From: Escherichia coli
GTDB taxonomy: Bacteria > Pseudomonadota > Gammaproteobacteria > Enterobacterales > Enterobacteriaceae
DNA length: 64,000 nucleotides
Direction: 5' to 3' (one strand)
Assembly: GCF_003018115.1 (NCBI RefSeq)
Contig: NZ_CP027457.1
Position 1 is the stretch's first letter. Each line of letters starts with the position of its first letter. The notes under the pieces are model-generated. The model saw only the letters and a list, made by a program, of their open reading frames with translations. It was not told the origin of the DNA and searched no databases. Shown here one piece after another: positions 10,941 through 22,724 of the stretch. A program made the translations under genes and the position numbers.

Positions 10941-12377
10941 ATGGCGCAGTCGAAACTCTATCCAGTTGTGATGGCAGGTGGCTCCGGTAGCCGCTTATGG
11001 CCGCTTTCCCGCGTACTTTACCCCAAGCAGTTTTTATGCCTGAAAGGCGATCTCACCATGCTGCAAACCACCATCTGCCGCCTGAACGGCGTGGAGTGCG
11101 AAAGCCCGGTGGTGATTTGCAATGAGCAGCACCGCTTTATTGTCGCGGAACAGCTGCGTCAACTGAACAAACTCACCGAGAACATTATTCTCGAACCGGC
11201 AGGGCGTAACACTGCACCTGCCATTGCACTGGCGGCGCTGGCGGCAAAACGTCATAGCCCGGAGAGCGACCCGTTAATGCTGGTATTGGCGGCGGATCAT
11301 GTGATTGCCGATGAAGACGCGTTCCGTGCCGCCGTGCGTAATGCCATGCCATATGCCGAAGCGGGCAAGCTGGTGACCTTCGGCATTGTGCCGGATCTAC
11401 CAGAAACCGGTTATGGCTATATTCGTCGCGGTGAAGTGTCTGCGGGTGAGCAGGATACGGTGGCCTTTGAAGTGGCGCAGTTTGTCGAAAAACCGAATCT
11501 GGAAACCGCCCAGGCCTATGTGGCAAGCGGCGAATATTACTGGAACAGCGGTATGTTCCTGTTCCGCGCCGGACGCTATCTCGAAGAACTGAAAAAATAT
11601 CGCCCGGATATTCTCGATGCCTGTGAAAAAGCGATGAGCGCCGTCGATCCGGATCTTGATTTTATTCGTGTGGATGAAGAAGCGTTTCTCGCCTGCCCGG
11701 AAGAGTCGGTGGATTACGCGGTCATGGAACGTACGGCAGATGCTGTTGTGGTGCCGATGGATGCGGGCTGGAGCGATGTTGGTTCCTGGTCTTCATTATG
11801 GGAGATCAGCGCCCACACCGCCGAGGGCAACGTTTGCCACGGCGATGTGATTAATCACAAAACTGAAAACAGCTATGTGTACGCCGAATCTGGCCTGGTC
11901 ACCACCGTCGGGGTGAAAGATCTGGTAGTGGTGCAGACCAAAGATGCGGTGCTGATTGCCGACCGTAACGCGGTGCAGGATGTGAAAAAAGTGGTCGAGC
12001 AGATCAAAGCCGATGGTCGCCATGAGCATCGGGTGCATCGCGAAGTGTATCGTCCGTGGGGCAAATATGACTCTATCGACGCGGGCGACCGCTACCAGGT
12101 GAAACGCATCACCGTGAAACCGGGCGAGGGCTTGTCGGTACAGATGCACCATCACCGCGCGGAACACTGGGTAGTGGTCGCGGGAACGGCAAAAGTCACC
12201 ATTGATGGTGATATCAAACTGCTTGGTGAAAACGAGTCCATTTATATTCCGCTGGGGGCGACGCACTGCCTGGAAAATCCGGGGAAAATTCCGCTCGATT
12301 TAATTGAAGTGCGCTCCGGCTCTTATCTCGAAGAGGATGATGTGGTGCGCTTCGCGGATCGCTACGGACGGGTGTAA
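10941..12377 (+). CDS. cpsB: Mannose-1-phosphate guanylyltransferase
   Basis: 478-aa [19 protein letters not shown] nucleotidyltransferase motif plus C-terminal cupin (type II PMI-like) domain. Confidence 0.97.
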   Translation: MAQSKLYPVVMAGGSGSRLWPLSRVLYPKQFLCLKGDLTMLQTTICRLNGVECESPVVICNEQHRFIVAEQLRQLNKLTENIILEPAGRNTAPAIALAALAAKRHSPESDPLMLVLAADHVIADEDAFRAAVRNAMPYAEAGKLVTFGIVPDLPETGYGYIRRGEVSAGEQDTVAFEVAQFVEKPNLETAQAYVASGEYYWNSGMFLFRAGRYLEELKKYRPDILDACEKAMSAVDPDLDFIRVDEEAFLACPEESVDYAVMERTADAVVVPMDAGWSDVGSWSSLWEISAHTAEGNVCHGDVINHKTENSYVYAESGLVTTVGVKDLVVVQTKDAVLIADRNAVQDVKKVVEQIKADGRHEHRVHREVYRPWGKYDSIDAGDRYQVKRITVKPGEGLSVQMHHHRAEHWVVVAGTAKVTIDGDIKLLGENESIYIPLGATHCLENPGKIPLDLIEVRSGSYLEEDDVVRFADRYGRV

Positions 12378-12379
12378 AC

Positions 12380-12480
<101 letters not shown>

Positions 12481-12569
12481 ATGAATGCGAAACCGAGATG
12501 TAAATAACGACAAAAACAAAATTGGCCGTTTCGGTCAGGGCCAACTATTGCCTGAAAAAGGGTAACGAC

Positions 12570-13940
12570 ATGAAAAAATTAACCTGCTTTAAAGCCTATG
12601 ATATTCGCGGGAAATTAGGCGAAGAACTGAATGAAGATATTGCCTGGCGCATTGGTCGTGCCTATGGCGAATTTCTCAAACCGAAAACCATTGTGTTAGG
12701 CGGTGATGTCCGTCTCACCAGCGAAACCTTAAAACTGGCGCTGGCAAAAGGTTTACAGGATGCGGGCGTCGATGTGCTGGATATCGGCATGTCCGGCACC
12801 GAAGAGATCTATTTCGCCACGTTCCATCTCGGCGTGGATGGCGGCATTGAAGTTACTGCCAGCCATAATCCGATGGATTACAACGGCATGAAACTGGTGC
12901 GCGAAGGGGCTCGCCCGATCAGCGGCGATACCGGACTGCGCGATGTCCAGCGTCTGGCAGAAGCCAACGACTTTCCTCCCGTTGATGCAACCAAACGCGG
13001 TCGCTATCAGCAAATCAATCTGCGTGACGCTTACGTTGATCACCTGTTCGGTTATATCAATGTCAAAAACCTCACGCCGCTCAAGCTGGTGATCAACTCC
13101 GGGAACGGCGCAGCGGGTCCGGTGGTGGACGCCATTGAAGCCCGCTTTAAAGCCCTCGGCGCGCCCGTGGAATTAATCAAAGTACACAACACACCGGACG
13201 GCAATTTCCCCAACGGTATTCCTAACCCGCTGCTACCGGAATGTCGCGACGACACCCGCAATGCGGTCATCAAACACGGCGCGGATATGGGCATTGCCTT
13301 TGATGGCGATTTTGACCGCTGTTTCCTGTTTGACGAAAAAGGGCAGTTTATCGAGGGCTATTACATTGTCGGCCTGCTGGCAGAAGCATTCCTCGAAAAA
13401 AATCCCGGCGCGAAGATCATCCACGATCCACGTCTCTCCTGGAACACCGTTGATGTGGTGACTGCCGCAGGTGGCACGCCGGTAATGTCGAAAACCGGAC
13501 ACGCCTTTATTAAAGAACGTATGCGCAAGGAGGACGCCATCTACGGTGGCGAAATGAGCGCTCACCATTACTTCCGTGATTTCGCTTACTGCGACAGCGG
13601 CATGATCCCGTGGCTACTGGTAGCCGAACTGGTGTGCCTGAAAGAGAAAACGCTGGGCGAACTGGTACGCGACCGGATGGTGGCGTTTCCGGCAAGCGGT
13701 GAGATCAACAGCAAACTGGCGCAACCCGCTGAGGCGATTAACCGCGTGGAACAGCATTTTAGCCGTGAGGCGCTGGCGGTGGATCGTACCGATGGCATCA
13801 GTATGACCTTTGCCGACTGGCGTTTTAACCTGCGCTCCTCCAACACCGAACCGGTGGTGCGGTTGAATGTGGAATCGCGCGGTGATGTGCCGCTGATGGA
13901 AGCGCGAACGCGAACTCTGCTGACGTTGCTGAACGAGTAA
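12570..13940 (+). CDS. cpsG: Phosphomannomutase
   Basis: ATG at 12570 gives the 456-aa form [14 protein letters not shown]; active-site [18 protein letters not shown] metal motif. Confidence 0.96.
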   Translation: MKKLTCFKAYDIRGKLGEELNEDIAWRIGRAYGEFLKPKTIVLGGDVRLTSETLKLALAKGLQDAGVDVLDIGMSGTEEIYFATFHLGVDGGIEVTASHNPMDYNGMKLVREGARPISGDTGLRDVQRLAEANDFPPVDATKRGRYQQINLRDAYVDHLFGYINVKNLTPLKLVINSGNGAAGPVVDAIEARFKALGAPVELIKVHNTPDGNFPNGIPNPLLPECRDDTRNAVIKHGADMGIAFDGDFDRCFLFDEKGQFIEGYYIVGLLAEAFLEKNPGAKIIHDPRLSWNTVDVVTAAGGTPVMSKTGHAFIKERMRKEDAIYGGEMSAHHYFRDFAYCDSGMIPWLLVAELVCLKEKTLGELVRDRMVAFPASGEINSKLAQPAEAINRVEQHFSREALAVDRTDGISMTFADWRFNLRSSNTEPVVRLNVESRGDVPLMEARTRTLLTLLNE

Positions 13941-13994
13941 TGTCGGATCTTCCCTTACCCCACTGCGGGTAAGGGGCTAATAACAGGAACAACG

Positions 13995-15389
13995 ATGACA
14001 AATCTAAAAAAGCGCGAGCGAGCGAAAACCAATGCATCGTTAATCTCTATGGTGCAACGCTTTTCAGATATCACCATCATGTTTGCCGGACTATGGCTGG
14101 TTTGCGAAGTGAGCGGCCTGTCATTCCTCTACATGCACCTGTTGGTGGCACTGATTACGCTGGTGGTGTTCCAGATGCTGGGCGGCATCACCGATTTTTA
14201 TCGCTCATGGCGCGGTGTTCGGGCAGCGACAGAATTTGCTCTGTTGCTACAAAACTGGACGTTAAGCGTGATTTTCAGCGCCGGACTGGTGGCGTTCAAC
14301 AATGATTTCGACACGCAACTGAAAATCTGGCTGGCGTGGTATGGGCTGACCAGCATCGGACTGGTGGTTTGCCGTTCATGTATTCGTATTGGGGCGGGCT
14401 GGCTGCGTAATCATGGCTATAACAAGCGCATGGTCGCCGTAGCGGGGGATTTAGCCGCCGGACAAATGCTGATGGAGAGCTTCCGTAATCAGCCGTGGTT
14501 AGGGTTTGAAGTGGTGGGGGTTTACCACGACCCGAAACCGGGCGGCGTTTCTAACGACTGGGCGGGTAACCTGCAACAGCTGGTCGAGGATGCTAAAGCG
14601 GGTAAGATTCATAACGTCTATATCGCGATGCAAATGTGCGACGGCGCGCGAGTGAAAAAACTGGTCCATCAACTGGCGGACACCACCTGTTCGGTGCTGC
14701 TGATCCCCGATGTCTTTACCTTCAACATTCTCCATTCACGTCTCGAAGAGATGAACGGCGTTCCGGTGGTGCCGCTGTATGACACGCCGCTTTCCGGGGT
14801 TAACCGCCTGCTAAAACGTGCGGAAGACATTGTGCTGGCGACGCTGATCTTGCTGCTGATCTCCCCGGTGCTGTGCTGTATTGCGCTGGCGGTGAAACTC
14901 AGTTCACCTGGGCCGGTTATTTTCCGCCAGACTCGCTATGGCATGGATGGCAAGCCGATCAAAGTGTGGAAGTTCCGTTCCATGAAAGTGATGGAGAACG
15001 ACAAAGTGGTGACTCAGGCGACGCAGAACGATCCGCGCGTCACCAAAGTGGGGAACTTTCTGCGCCGCACCTCGCTGGATGAACTGCCGCAGTTTATCAA
15101 TGTGCTGACCGGGGGGATGTCGATTGTCGGTCCACGTCCGCACGCAGTAGCGCATAACGAACAGTATCGCCAGCTCATTGAAGGCTACATGCTGCGCCAC
15201 AAAGTGAAACCGGGCATTACCGGCTGGGCGCAGATTAATGGCTGGCGCGGCGAAACCGACACGCTGGAGAAAATGGAAAAACGCGTCGAGTTCGACCTTG
15301 AGTACATCCGCGAATGGAGCGTCTGGTTCGATATCAAAATCGTTTTCCTGACGGTGTTCAAAGGTTTCGTTAACAAAGCGGCATATTGA
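13995..15389 (+). CDS. wcaJ: UDP-glucose:undecaprenyl-phosphate glucose-1-phosphate transferase (colanic acid initiating enzyme)
   Basis: 464-aa ORF; N-terminal TM segments, C-terminal bacterial sugar-transferase domain (DELPQFINVL, RPGITGWAQ-like KPGITGWAQ). Confidence 0.96.
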   Translation: MTNLKKRERAKTNASLISMVQRFSDITIMFAGLWLVCEVSGLSFLYMHLLVALITLVVFQMLGGITDFYRSWRGVRAATEFALLLQNWTLSVIFSAGLVAFNNDFDTQLKIWLAWYGLTSIGLVVCRSCIRIGAGWLRNHGYNKRMVAVAGDLAAGQMLMESFRNQPWLGFEVVGVYHDPKPGGVSNDWAGNLQQLVEDAKAGKIHNVYIAMQMCDGARVKKLVHQLADTTCSVLLIPDVFTFNILHSRLEEMNGVPVVPLYDTPLSGVNRLLKRAEDIVLATLILLLISPVLCCIALAVKLSSPGPVIFRQTRYGMDGKPIKVWKFRSMKVMENDKVVTQATQNDPRVTKVGNFLRRTSLDELPQFINVLTGGMSIVGPRPHAVAHNEQYRQLIEGYMLRHKVKPGITGWAQINGWRGETDTLEKMEKRVEFDLEYIREWSVWFDIKIVFLTVFKGFVNKAAY

Positions 15390-15390
15390 T

Positions 15391-16869
15391 ATGAGCTTAC
15401 GTGAAAAAACCATCAGCGGCGCGAAGTGGTCGGCGATTGCCACGGTGATCATCATCGGCCTCGGGCTGGTGCAGATGACCGTGCTGGCGCGGATTATCGA
15501 CAACCACCAGTTCGGCCTGCTGACTGTGTCGCTGGTGATTATCGCGCTGGCAGATACGCTTTCTGACTTCGGTATCGCTAACTCGATTATTCAGCGAAAA
15601 GAAATCAGTCACCTTGAACTCACCACGTTGTACTGGCTGAACGTCGGGCTGGGGATCGTGGTGTGCGTGGCGGTGTTTTTGTTGAGTGATCTCATCGGCG
15701 ACGTGCTGAATAACCCGGACCTGGCACCGTTGATTAAAACATTGTCGCTGGCGTTTGTGGTGATCCCCCACGGGCAACAGTTCCGCGCGTTGATGCAGAA
15801 GGAGCTGGAGTTCAACAAAATCGGCATGATCGAAACCAGCGCGGTGCTGGCGGGCTTCACTTTTACGGTGGTTAGCGCCCATTTCTGGCCGCTGGCGATG
15901 ACCGCGATCCTCGGTTATCTGGTCAATAGTGCGGTAAGAACGCTGCTGTTTGGCTACTTTGGTCGAAAAATTTATCGCCCCGGTCTGCATTTCTCGCTGG
16001 CGTCAGTTGCGCCGAACTTACGCTTTGGTGCCTGGCTGACGGCGGACAGCATCATCAACTATCTCAACACCAACCTTTCAACGCTGGTGCTGGCGCGTAT
16101 TCTTGGCGCGGGCGTGGCAGGGGGATACAACCTGGCGTACAACGTGGCCGTCGTACCGCCGATGAAGCTGAACCCAATCATCACCCGCGTGTTATTTCCG
16201 GCATTCGCCAAAATTCAGGACGACACCGAAAAGTTGCGCGTGAACTTCTACAAGCTGCTGTCGGTGGTGGGGATTATCAACTTTCCGGCGCTGCTCGGGC
16301 TGATGGTGGTGTCGAATAACTTTGTACCGCTGGTCTTTGGTGAGAAGTGGAACAGCATTATTCCGGTGCTGCAATTGCTGTGTATTGTGGGTCTGCTGCG
16401 CTCCGTGGGTAACCCGATTGGTTCGCTGCTGATGGCGAAAGCGCGGGTCGATATCAGCTTTAAATTCAACGTATTCAAAACATTTCTGTTTATTCCGGCG
16501 ATTGTTATTGGTGGGCAGATGGCGGGCGCAATCGGCGTCACGCTCGGTTTCCTGCTGGTGCAGATTATCAACACCATTCTGAGTTACTTCGTGATGATTA
16601 AACCGGTACTCGGTTCCAGTTATCGCCAGTACATCCTGAGTTTGTGGCTGCCGTTTTATCTCTCGCTGCCGACGCTGGTGGTCAGTTATGCGCTGGGCAT
16701 TGTGCTGAAAGGGCAACTGGCGCTGGGGATGCTGCTGGCGGTGCAAATAGCCGCGGGCGTGCTGGCGTTTGTGGTGATGATTGTGCTGTCGCGCCATCCG
16801 CTGATGGTGGAAGTGAAGCGTCAGTTTTGTCGCAGCGAAAAAATGAAAATGCTTTTACGGGCGGGGTGA
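15391..16869 (+). CDS. wzxC: Colanic acid repeat-unit flippase (Wzx/PST family)
   Basis: 492-aa polytopic membrane ORF, canonical position after wcaJ. Confidence 0.95.
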   Translation: MSLREKTISGAKWSAIATVIIIGLGLVQMTVLARIIDNHQFGLLTVSLVIIALADTLSDFGIANSIIQRKEISHLELTTLYWLNVGLGIVVCVAVFLLSDLIGDVLNNPDLAPLIKTLSLAFVVIPHGQQFRALMQKELEFNKIGMIETSAVLAGFTFTVVSAHFWPLAMTAILGYLVNSAVRTLLFGYFGRKIYRPGLHFSLASVAPNLRFGAWLTADSIINYLNTNLSTLVLARILGAGVAGGYNLAYNVAVVPPMKLNPIITRVLFPAFAKIQDDTEKLRVNFYKLLSVVGIINFPALLGLMVVSNNFVPLVFGEKWNSIIPVLQLLCIVGLLRSVGNPIGSLLMAKARVDISFKFNVFKTFLFIPAIVIGGQMAGAIGVTLGFLLVQIINTILSYFVMIKPVLGSSYRQYILSLWLPFYLSLPTLVVSYALGIVLKGQLALGMLLAVQIAAGVLAFVVMIVLSRHPLMVEVKRQFCRSEKMKMLLRAG

Positions 16870-16909
16870 GTTGCTGTTTTCGGTTCCGACAACGGTTGCC
16901 GGGTGCAGC

Positions 16910-16988
16910 GTAAAACGCCTTATCCATCCTACGGTTCTGTGCTCGGGACCTGTAGGCCTGATAAGACGCGCCAGCGTCGCATCAGGCA
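16910..16988. repeat. REP/BIME palindromic units between wzxC and wcaK
   Basis: gcgtaaaacgccttatccatcc, tgtaggcctgataagacgcgccagcgtcgcatcaggca REP motifs. Confidence 0.8.
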
Positions 16989-17048
16989 AAAAGCGGCAAC
17001 GAACACAACAAACACAGCCTCACCTGGCATCAAATTTATGAGGAAAAA

Positions 17049-18329
17049 ATGAAATTACTTATTCTGGGCAACCACACTTGCGGCAATCGTGGCGACAGTG
17101 CCATCTTGCGCGGCTTACTTGATGCCATCAACATCCTCAATCCACAAGCCGAAGTGGACGTGATGAGCCGCTATCCGGTCAGTTCTTCCTGGCTGCTCAA
17201 CCGCCCGGTAATGGGCGATCCGCTGTTCCTGCAAATGAAACAACACAACAGCGCGGCGGGCGTTGTCGGGCGCGTTAAAAAAGTCCTCCGTCGCCGCTAT
17301 CAACACCAGGTATTGCTCTCACGCGTCACCGACACTGGCAAGCTGCGTAATATCGCCATCGCCCAGGGATTCACCGACTTCGTGCGCATGCTCTCAGGTT
17401 ACGACGCCATTATTCAGGTCGGAGGATCGTTTTTTGTCGATCTCTACGGCGTGCCGCAGTTTGAACATGCGCTTTGCACGTTTATGGCGAAAAAGCCGCT
17501 GTTTATGATTGGTCACAGCGTCGGCCCCTTCCAGGATGAGCAATTTAACCAACTGGCGAACTACGTTTTTGGTCACTGTGACGCGCTGATCCTGCGCGAA
17601 TCGGTCAGCCTTGATTTGATGAAACGCAGCAATATCACCACTGCAAAAGTTGAACATGGCGTCGATACCGCGTGGCTGGTCGATCACCACACAGAAGATT
17701 TCACCGCCAGCTATGCCGTCCAACACTGGCTGGACGTTGCCGCACAACAGAAAACGGTGGCAATTACCCTGCGCGAACTGGCACCGTTTGACAAACGCCT
17801 CGGCACCACTCAACAAGCGTATGAAAAAGCCTTTGCCGGGGTGGTCAATCGCATTCTCGACGGAGGCTATCAGGTCATTGCGCTCTCCACCTGTACGGGC
17901 ATCGACAGCTATAACAAAGACGACCGCATGGTAGCGCTCAATCTGCGCCAGCACATCAGCGATCCTGCCCGTTACCACGTAGTGATGGATGAACTCAACG
18001 ATCTGGAAATGGGCAAAATTCTCGGGGCCTGTGAACTCACCGTCGGTACGCGCCTGCACTCCGCCATTATCTCGATGAATTTTGCCACTCCGGCAATTGC
18101 CATCAACTACGAACATAAATCCGCCGGGATCATGCAACAACTGGGGCTGCCAGAGATGGCGATTGATATCCGTCATTTACTGGACGGCAGCTTGCAAGCG
18201 ATGGTTGCGGATACCTTAGGCCAGCTTCCGGCGCTGAACGCACGACTTAACGAAGCCGTCAGTCGCGAACGTCAGACAGGAATGCAGATGGTGCAGTCTG
18301 TGCTTGAGCGCATCGGGGAGGCGAAATGA
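17049..18329 (+). CDS. wcaK: Colanic acid pyruvyl transferase WcaK
   Basis: 426-aa ORF; polysaccharide pyruvyl-transferase-like; synteny and recalled K-12 sequence. Confidence 0.94.
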   Translation: MKLLILGNHTCGNRGDSAILRGLLDAINILNPQAEVDVMSRYPVSSSWLLNRPVMGDPLFLQMKQHNSAAGVVGRVKKVLRRRYQHQVLLSRVTDTGKLRNIAIAQGFTDFVRMLSGYDAIIQVGGSFFVDLYGVPQFEHALCTFMAKKPLFMIGHSVGPFQDEQFNQLANYVFGHCDALILRESVSLDLMKRSNITTAKVEHGVDTAWLVDHHTEDFTASYAVQHWLDVAAQQKTVAITLRELAPFDKRLGTTQQAYEKAFAGVVNRILDGGYQVIALSTCTGIDSYNKDDRMVALNLRQHISDPARYHVVMDELNDLEMGKILGACELTVGTRLHSAIISMNFATPAIAINYEHKSAGIMQQLGLPEMAIDIRHLLDGSLQAMVADTLGQLPALNARLNEAVSRERQTGMQMVQSVLERIGEAK

Positions 18330-19546
18330 AGGTCGGCTTCTTTTTACTGAAATTTCCGCTGTCGTCGGAAACTTTCGTCCTCAACCAAATTACCGCGTTT
18401 ATTGATATGGGATTTGAGGTGGAGATTGTCGCGCTGCAAAAAGGCGATACAGAGAACACCCACGCGGCATGGACGAAATACAACCTTGCCGCCAGAACCC
18501 GCTGGTTACAGGACGAACCAACGGGCAAAGTGGCGAAGCTGCGCCACCGCGCCAGCCAGACGTTACGCGGCATTCATCGTAAAAATACCTGGCAGGCGCT
18601 CAACCTCAAACGCTATGGTGCCGAGTCGCGGAACCTGATTTTGTCTGCCATTTGCGGTCAGGTCGCAACACCATTTCATGCCGATGTGTTCATCGCTCAT
18701 TTTGGCCCGGCGGGGGTAACCGCAGCAAAACTACGGGAACTGGGGGTCATTCGCGGCAAAATTGCCACTATCTTCCACGGTATTGATATCTCCAGTCGGG
18801 AAGTGCTCAACCACTACACTCCCGAATATCAGCAACTGTTCCGCCGTGGCGACCTGATGCTACCGATAAGTGATTTGTGGGCCGGAAGGCTGCAAAAAAT
18901 GGGCTGCCCGAGGGAAAAAATTGCCGTATCGCGCATGGGCGTGGACATGACGCGCTTTAGCCCGCGTCCGGTGAAAGCGCCCGCAACGCCGCTGGAAATC
19001 ATATCCGTCGCACGCTTAACCGAGAAAAAAGGTCTGCATGTAGCGATTGAAGCCTGCCGTCAGTTGAAAGAGCAGGGCGTGGCATTTCGCTATCGCATCC
19101 TCGGCATTGGCCCGTGGGAACGACGCCTGCGTACCCTCATCGAACAATATCAACTGGAAGATGTGGTAGATATGCCGGGCTTTAAACCGAGCCACGAAGT
19201 GAAAGCGATGCTCGACGACGCGGATGTCTTCCTGTTGCCATCGGTAACGGGCGCGGATGGCGATATGGAAGGCATTCCGGTGGCGCTAATGGAAGCGATG
19301 GCGGTCGGCATTCCGGTGGTTTCTACTCTGCATAGCGGAATACCGGAACTGGTGGAGGCCGATAAATCCGGCTGGCTGGTGCCTGAGAACGATGCTCGCG
19401 CACTGGCGCAACGACTGGCGGCGTTTAGCCAACTGGACACCGACGAACTGGCTCCGGTCGTCAAACGTGCTCGCGAAAAAGTCGAACACGATTTTAACCA
19501 GCAGGTGATTAATCGGGAACTCGCCAGCTTGTTACAGGCTTTATAG
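18326..19546 (+). CDS. wcaL: Colanic acid glycosyltransferase WcaL (GT4)
   Basis: 406-aa ORF, ATGA overlap with wcaK; GT4 EX7E region [18 protein letters not shown]. Confidence 0.95.
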   Translation: MKVGFFLLKFPLSSETFVLNQITAFIDMGFEVEIVALQKGDTENTHAAWTKYNLAARTRWLQDEPTGKVAKLRHRASQTLRGIHRKNTWQALNLKRYGAESRNLILSAICGQVATPFHADVFIAHFGPAGVTAAKLRELGVIRGKIATIFHGIDISSREVLNHYTPEYQQLFRRGDLMLPISDLWAGRLQKMGCPREKIAVSRMGVDMTRFSPRPVKAPATPLEIISVARLTEKKGLHVAIEACRQLKEQGVAFRYRILGIGPWERRLRTLIEQYQLEDVVDMPGFKPSHEVKAMLDDADVFLLPSVTGADGDMEGIPVALMEAMAVGIPVVSTLHSGIPELVEADKSGWLVPENDARALAQRLAAFSQLDTDELAPVVKRAREKVEHDFNQQVINRELASLLQAL

Positions 19547-19556
19547 AGGAGAACGC

Positions 19557-20951
19557 ATGCCATTTAAAAAACTCTCCCGACGCACCTTCCTGACGGCAAG
19601 CTCGGCGCTTGCCTTCCTCCATACCCCTTTCGCTCGCGCACTTCCCGCCCGACAAAGCGTTAACATTAACAACTACAACCCTCACGACTGGATCGCCTCA
19701 TTTAAACAAGCCTTCAGCGAAGGGCAAACGGTCGTCGTGCCTGCTGGATTGGTTTGTGACAATATCAACACCGGCATCTTCATTCCTGCAGGTAAAACGT
19801 TACACATCCTTGGAAGCCTGCGCGGCAACGGCAGAGGGCGATTTGTCTTACAGGACGGCAGCCAGGTGACAGGGGGGGAGGGCGGCAGTATGCATAACAT
19901 CACCCTGGATGTGCGCGGGTCTGACTGCACCATTAAAGGGCTGGCGATGAGCGGCTTTGGCCCGGTAACGCAGATTTATATCGGCGGCAAAAACAAACGG
20001 GTCATGCGTAACCTGACCATCGATAACCTGAACGTTAGCCACGCTAATTACGCCATCTTACGCCAGGGATTTCATAACCAGATTATCGGTGCCAACATCA
20101 CCAATTGTAAGTTCAGTGATTTACAGGGGGACGCCATCGAATGGAACGTGGCAATTAACGACAGTAATATTTTGATTTCCGACCATGTCATTGAGCGCAT
20201 CAACTGTACTAACGGAAAAATCAACTGGGGCATCGGCATAGGCCTTGCGGGGAGTACTTATGATAATAACTACCCGGAAGACCAGGCAGTGAAAAACTTT
20301 GTCGTGGCGAATATCACGGGATCGGATTGTCGGCAGTTGATACATGTTGAAAATGGTAAACATTTTGTTATTCGTAATATCAAAGCCCGCAATATCACAC
20401 CGGATTTCAGTAAGAAAGCAGGTATTGATAACGCCACGGTCGCTATTTACGGTTGTGACAATTTCGTGATTGATAATATTGAAATGATTAATAGCGCCGG
20501 GATGTTAATCGGCTATGGGGTAATTAAAGGCAAATATCTCTCGATACCGCAAAATTTCCGAGTGAATAATATTCAACTGGATAATACCCACCTTGCTTAC
20601 AAATTGCGCGGTATCCAAATCTCCGCCGGCAATGCCGTCTCCTTTGTGGCACTGACTAACATTGAGATGAAGCGTGCCTCGCTTGAGCTACACAATAAAC
20701 CGCAACACCTTTTTATGCGAAATATCAAGGTGATGCAGGAATCCTCAGTTGGACCCGCATTGAGCATGAACTTCGACATGCGCAAAGACGTTCGAGGCGT
20801 CTTTATGGCGAAAAAAGAAACACTGCTGTCACTTGCAAATGTTCATGCGGTGAATGAAAAAGGACAAAGCTCCGTCGATATCGACAGGATAAATCACCAT
20901 ATTGTTAATGTGGAAAAGATTAACTTTAGATTGCCGGAACGGAGGGAGTAG
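19557..20951 (+). CDS. wcaM: Colanic acid biosynthesis protein WcaM (Tat-signal, beta-helix-like)
   Basis: 464-aa ORF; N-terminal twin-arginine motif [22 protein letters not shown]; last gene of cps operon. Confidence 0.94.
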   Translation: MPFKKLSRRTFLTASSALAFLHTPFARALPARQSVNINNYNPHDWIASFKQAFSEGQTVVVPAGLVCDNINTGIFIPAGKTLHILGSLRGNGRGRFVLQDGSQVTGGEGGSMHNITLDVRGSDCTIKGLAMSGFGPVTQIYIGGKNKRVMRNLTIDNLNVSHANYAILRQGFHNQIIGANITNCKFSDLQGDAIEWNVAINDSNILISDHVIERINCTNGKINWGIGIGLAGSTYDNNYPEDQAVKNFVVANITGSDCRQLIHVENGKHFVIRNIKARNITPDFSKKAGIDNATVAIYGCDNFVIDNIEMINSAGMLIGYGVIKGKYLSIPQNFRVNNIQLDNTHLAYKLRGIQISAGNAVSFVALTNIEMKRASLELHNKPQHLFMRNIKVMQESSVGPALSMNFDMRKDVRGVFMAKKETLLSLANVHAVNEKGQSSVDIDRINHHIVNVEKINFRLPERRE

Positions 20952-21125
20952 ATTTGCGACCATTCCTGGAAAAATGGAGCCATACTTAGGAACAATGCTA
21001 CAGCAATCCACAACGAAGCGGCGTAACATCACAAGTAATTCAGTAATCAATTCAGGGTAATTGATGCTGGCGAAAAAAATCGAACAAGCTATAATTCAGC
21101 AACCATTTTACAGGTGGATGAAATA

Positions 21126-22019
21126 ATGACGAATTTAAAAGCAGTTATTCCTGTAGCGGGTCTTGGGATGCATATGTTGCCTGCCACTAAGGCGATTCCC
21201 AAAGAGATGCTACCGATCGTCGACAAGCCAATGATTCAGTACATTGTTGACGAGATTGTGGCTGCAGGGATCAAAGAAATCCTCCTGGTAACTCACGCGT
21301 CCAAGAACGCGGTCGAAAACCACTTCGACACCTCTTATGAATTAGAATCTCTCCTTGAGCAGCGCGTGAAGCGTCAACTGCTGGCGGAAGTGCAGTCCAT
21401 CTGTCCGCCGGGCGTGACCATTATGAACGTACGTCAGGGCGAACCTTTAGGTTTAGGCCACTCCATTTTATGTGCACGACCTGCCATTGGTGACAATCCA
21501 TTTGTCGTGGTACTGCCAGACGTTGTGATCGACGACGCCAGCGCCGACCCGCTGCGCTACAACCTTGCTGCCATGATTGCACGATTCAACGAAACGGGTC
21601 GTAGCCAGGTGCTGGCAAAACGTATGCCGGGTGACCTCTCTGAATACTCCGTCATTCAGACCAAAGAACCACTGGATCGTGAAGGTAAAGTCAGCCGCAT
21701 TGTTGAATTCATCGAAAAACCGGATCAGCCGCAGACGCTGGACTCAGACATCATGGCCGTTGGTCGCTATGTGCTTTCTGCCGATATTTGGCCGGAACTT
21801 GAACGCACTCAGCCTGGTGCATGGGGACGTATTCAGCTGACTGATGCCATTGCTGAACTGGCGAAAAAACAGTCCGTTGATGCCATGCTGATGACAGGTG
21901 ACAGCTACGACTGCGGTAAAAAAATGGGTTATATGCAGGCATTTGTGAAGTATGGACTACGCAACCTAAAAGAAGGGGCGAAGTTCCGTAAAGGGATTGA
22001 GAAGCTGTTAAGCGAATAA
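21126..22019 (+). CDS. galF: UTP-glucose-1-phosphate uridylyltransferase paralogue GalF
   Basis: ATG at 21126 gives the 297-aa form [35 protein letters not shown]; conserved left flank of E. coli O-antigen loci. Confidence 0.96.
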   Translation: MTNLKAVIPVAGLGMHMLPATKAIPKEMLPIVDKPMIQYIVDEIVAAGIKEILLVTHASKNAVENHFDTSYELESLLEQRVKRQLLAEVQSICPPGVTIMNVRQGEPLGLGHSILCARPAIGDNPFVVVLPDVVIDDASADPLRYNLAAMIARFNETGRSQVLAKRMPGDLSEYSVIQTKEPLDREGKVSRIVEFIEKPDQPQTLDSDIMAVGRYVLSADIWPELERTQPGAWGRIQLTDAIAELAKKQSVDAMLMTGDSYDCGKKMGYMQAFVKYGLRNLKEGAKFRKGIEKLLSE

Positions 22020-22277
22020 TGAAAATCTGACCGGATGTAACGGTTGATAAGAAAATTATAACGGCAGTGAAGATTCGTGGCGAAAGTAATATGTTGCGAA
22101 TATTCCTGCCGTTGTTTTATATAAACAATCAGAATAACAACGAGTTAGCAATAGGATTTTAGTCAAAGTTTTCCAGGATTTTCCTTGTTTCCTGAGCGGA
22201 TTGGTAAGACAATTAGCGTTTGAATTTTTCGAGTTAAGCGCGAGTGGGTAACGCTCGTCACATCGTAGGCATGCATG

Positions 22278-22315
22278 CAGTGCTCTGGTAGCTGTAAAGC
22301 CAGGGGCGGTAGCGT
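22278..22315 (+). promoter_or_regulatory. JUMPstart element containing the ops (RfaH-recruitment) site
   Basis: cagtgctctggtagctgtaaagccaggggcggtagcgt matches the 39-bp JUMPstart; ops core GGCGGTAGCGT at 22305-22315; sits between galF and the first O-antigen gene. Confidence 0.9.
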
Positions 22316-22352
22316 ATTTGCTTATTTTTATCGTGTAATCAAAGTGATTGTT

Positions 22353-22724
22353 ATGAATAAGATAATAGTTGATCTTGACGGTACTTTAACTGAGGAAGAT
22401 ACAAATGATTATACTAAAGTTAAACCAAAACTAAAAGTTGTTAAAAAATTGTATGAATTTAAAAAAATGGGATTCAGTATTGTAATAATGACAGCAAGGA
22501 ATATGCGAACATTTGATGGTAATATTGGAAAGATTAATATACATACACTTCCTGTAATCATTGACTGGCTTAATGAAAATAATATCCCGTACGATGAAGT
22601 TATTGTGGGGAAGCCATGGTGCGGTAATAAGGGATTTTATGTTGATGATCGGGCACTAAGGCCTTCTGAATTTGCAAGATTAAATCTTCAAGAGATAAAC
22701 GAATTATTTGATAAGGATAAATAA
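22353..22724 (+). CDS. Small HAD-superfamily phosphatase (capsule-biosynthesis-phosphatase-like)
   Basis: ATG at 22353 (the ORF-track start at 22275 runs through the JUMPstart). 123 aa; HAD motif I DLDGTLT, motif II MTAR, distal K...YVDDR; first gene after ops. Confidence 0.75.
   Translation: MNKIIVDLDGTLTEEDTNDYTKVKPKLKVVKKLYEFKKMGFSIVIMTARNMRTFDGNIGKINIHTLPVIIDWLNENNIPYDEVIVGKPWCGNKGFYVDDRALRPSEFARLNLQEINELFDKDK

Noticed and set aside
17394-18176. 260-aa minus-strand ORF inside wcaK
   Set aside because: Shadow ORF antisense to wcaK, for the same reasons.
19872-19878. G7 run inside wcaM
   Set aside because: It is in frame (GGEGG) in GC-normal core DNA, so it is not unusual for the local composition. 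It is therefore not treated like the G8 tracts in the AT-rich O-antigen locus.
22275-22352. N-terminal extension of the HAD-phosphatase ORF (ORF-track start at 22275)
   Set aside because: The extension would be translated from within the JUMPstart/ops regulatory element and encodes a non-HAD Cys/Gly-rich peptide. ATG at 22353 places the DxDGT nucleophile motif at residues 7-11, as expected for HAD enzymes.
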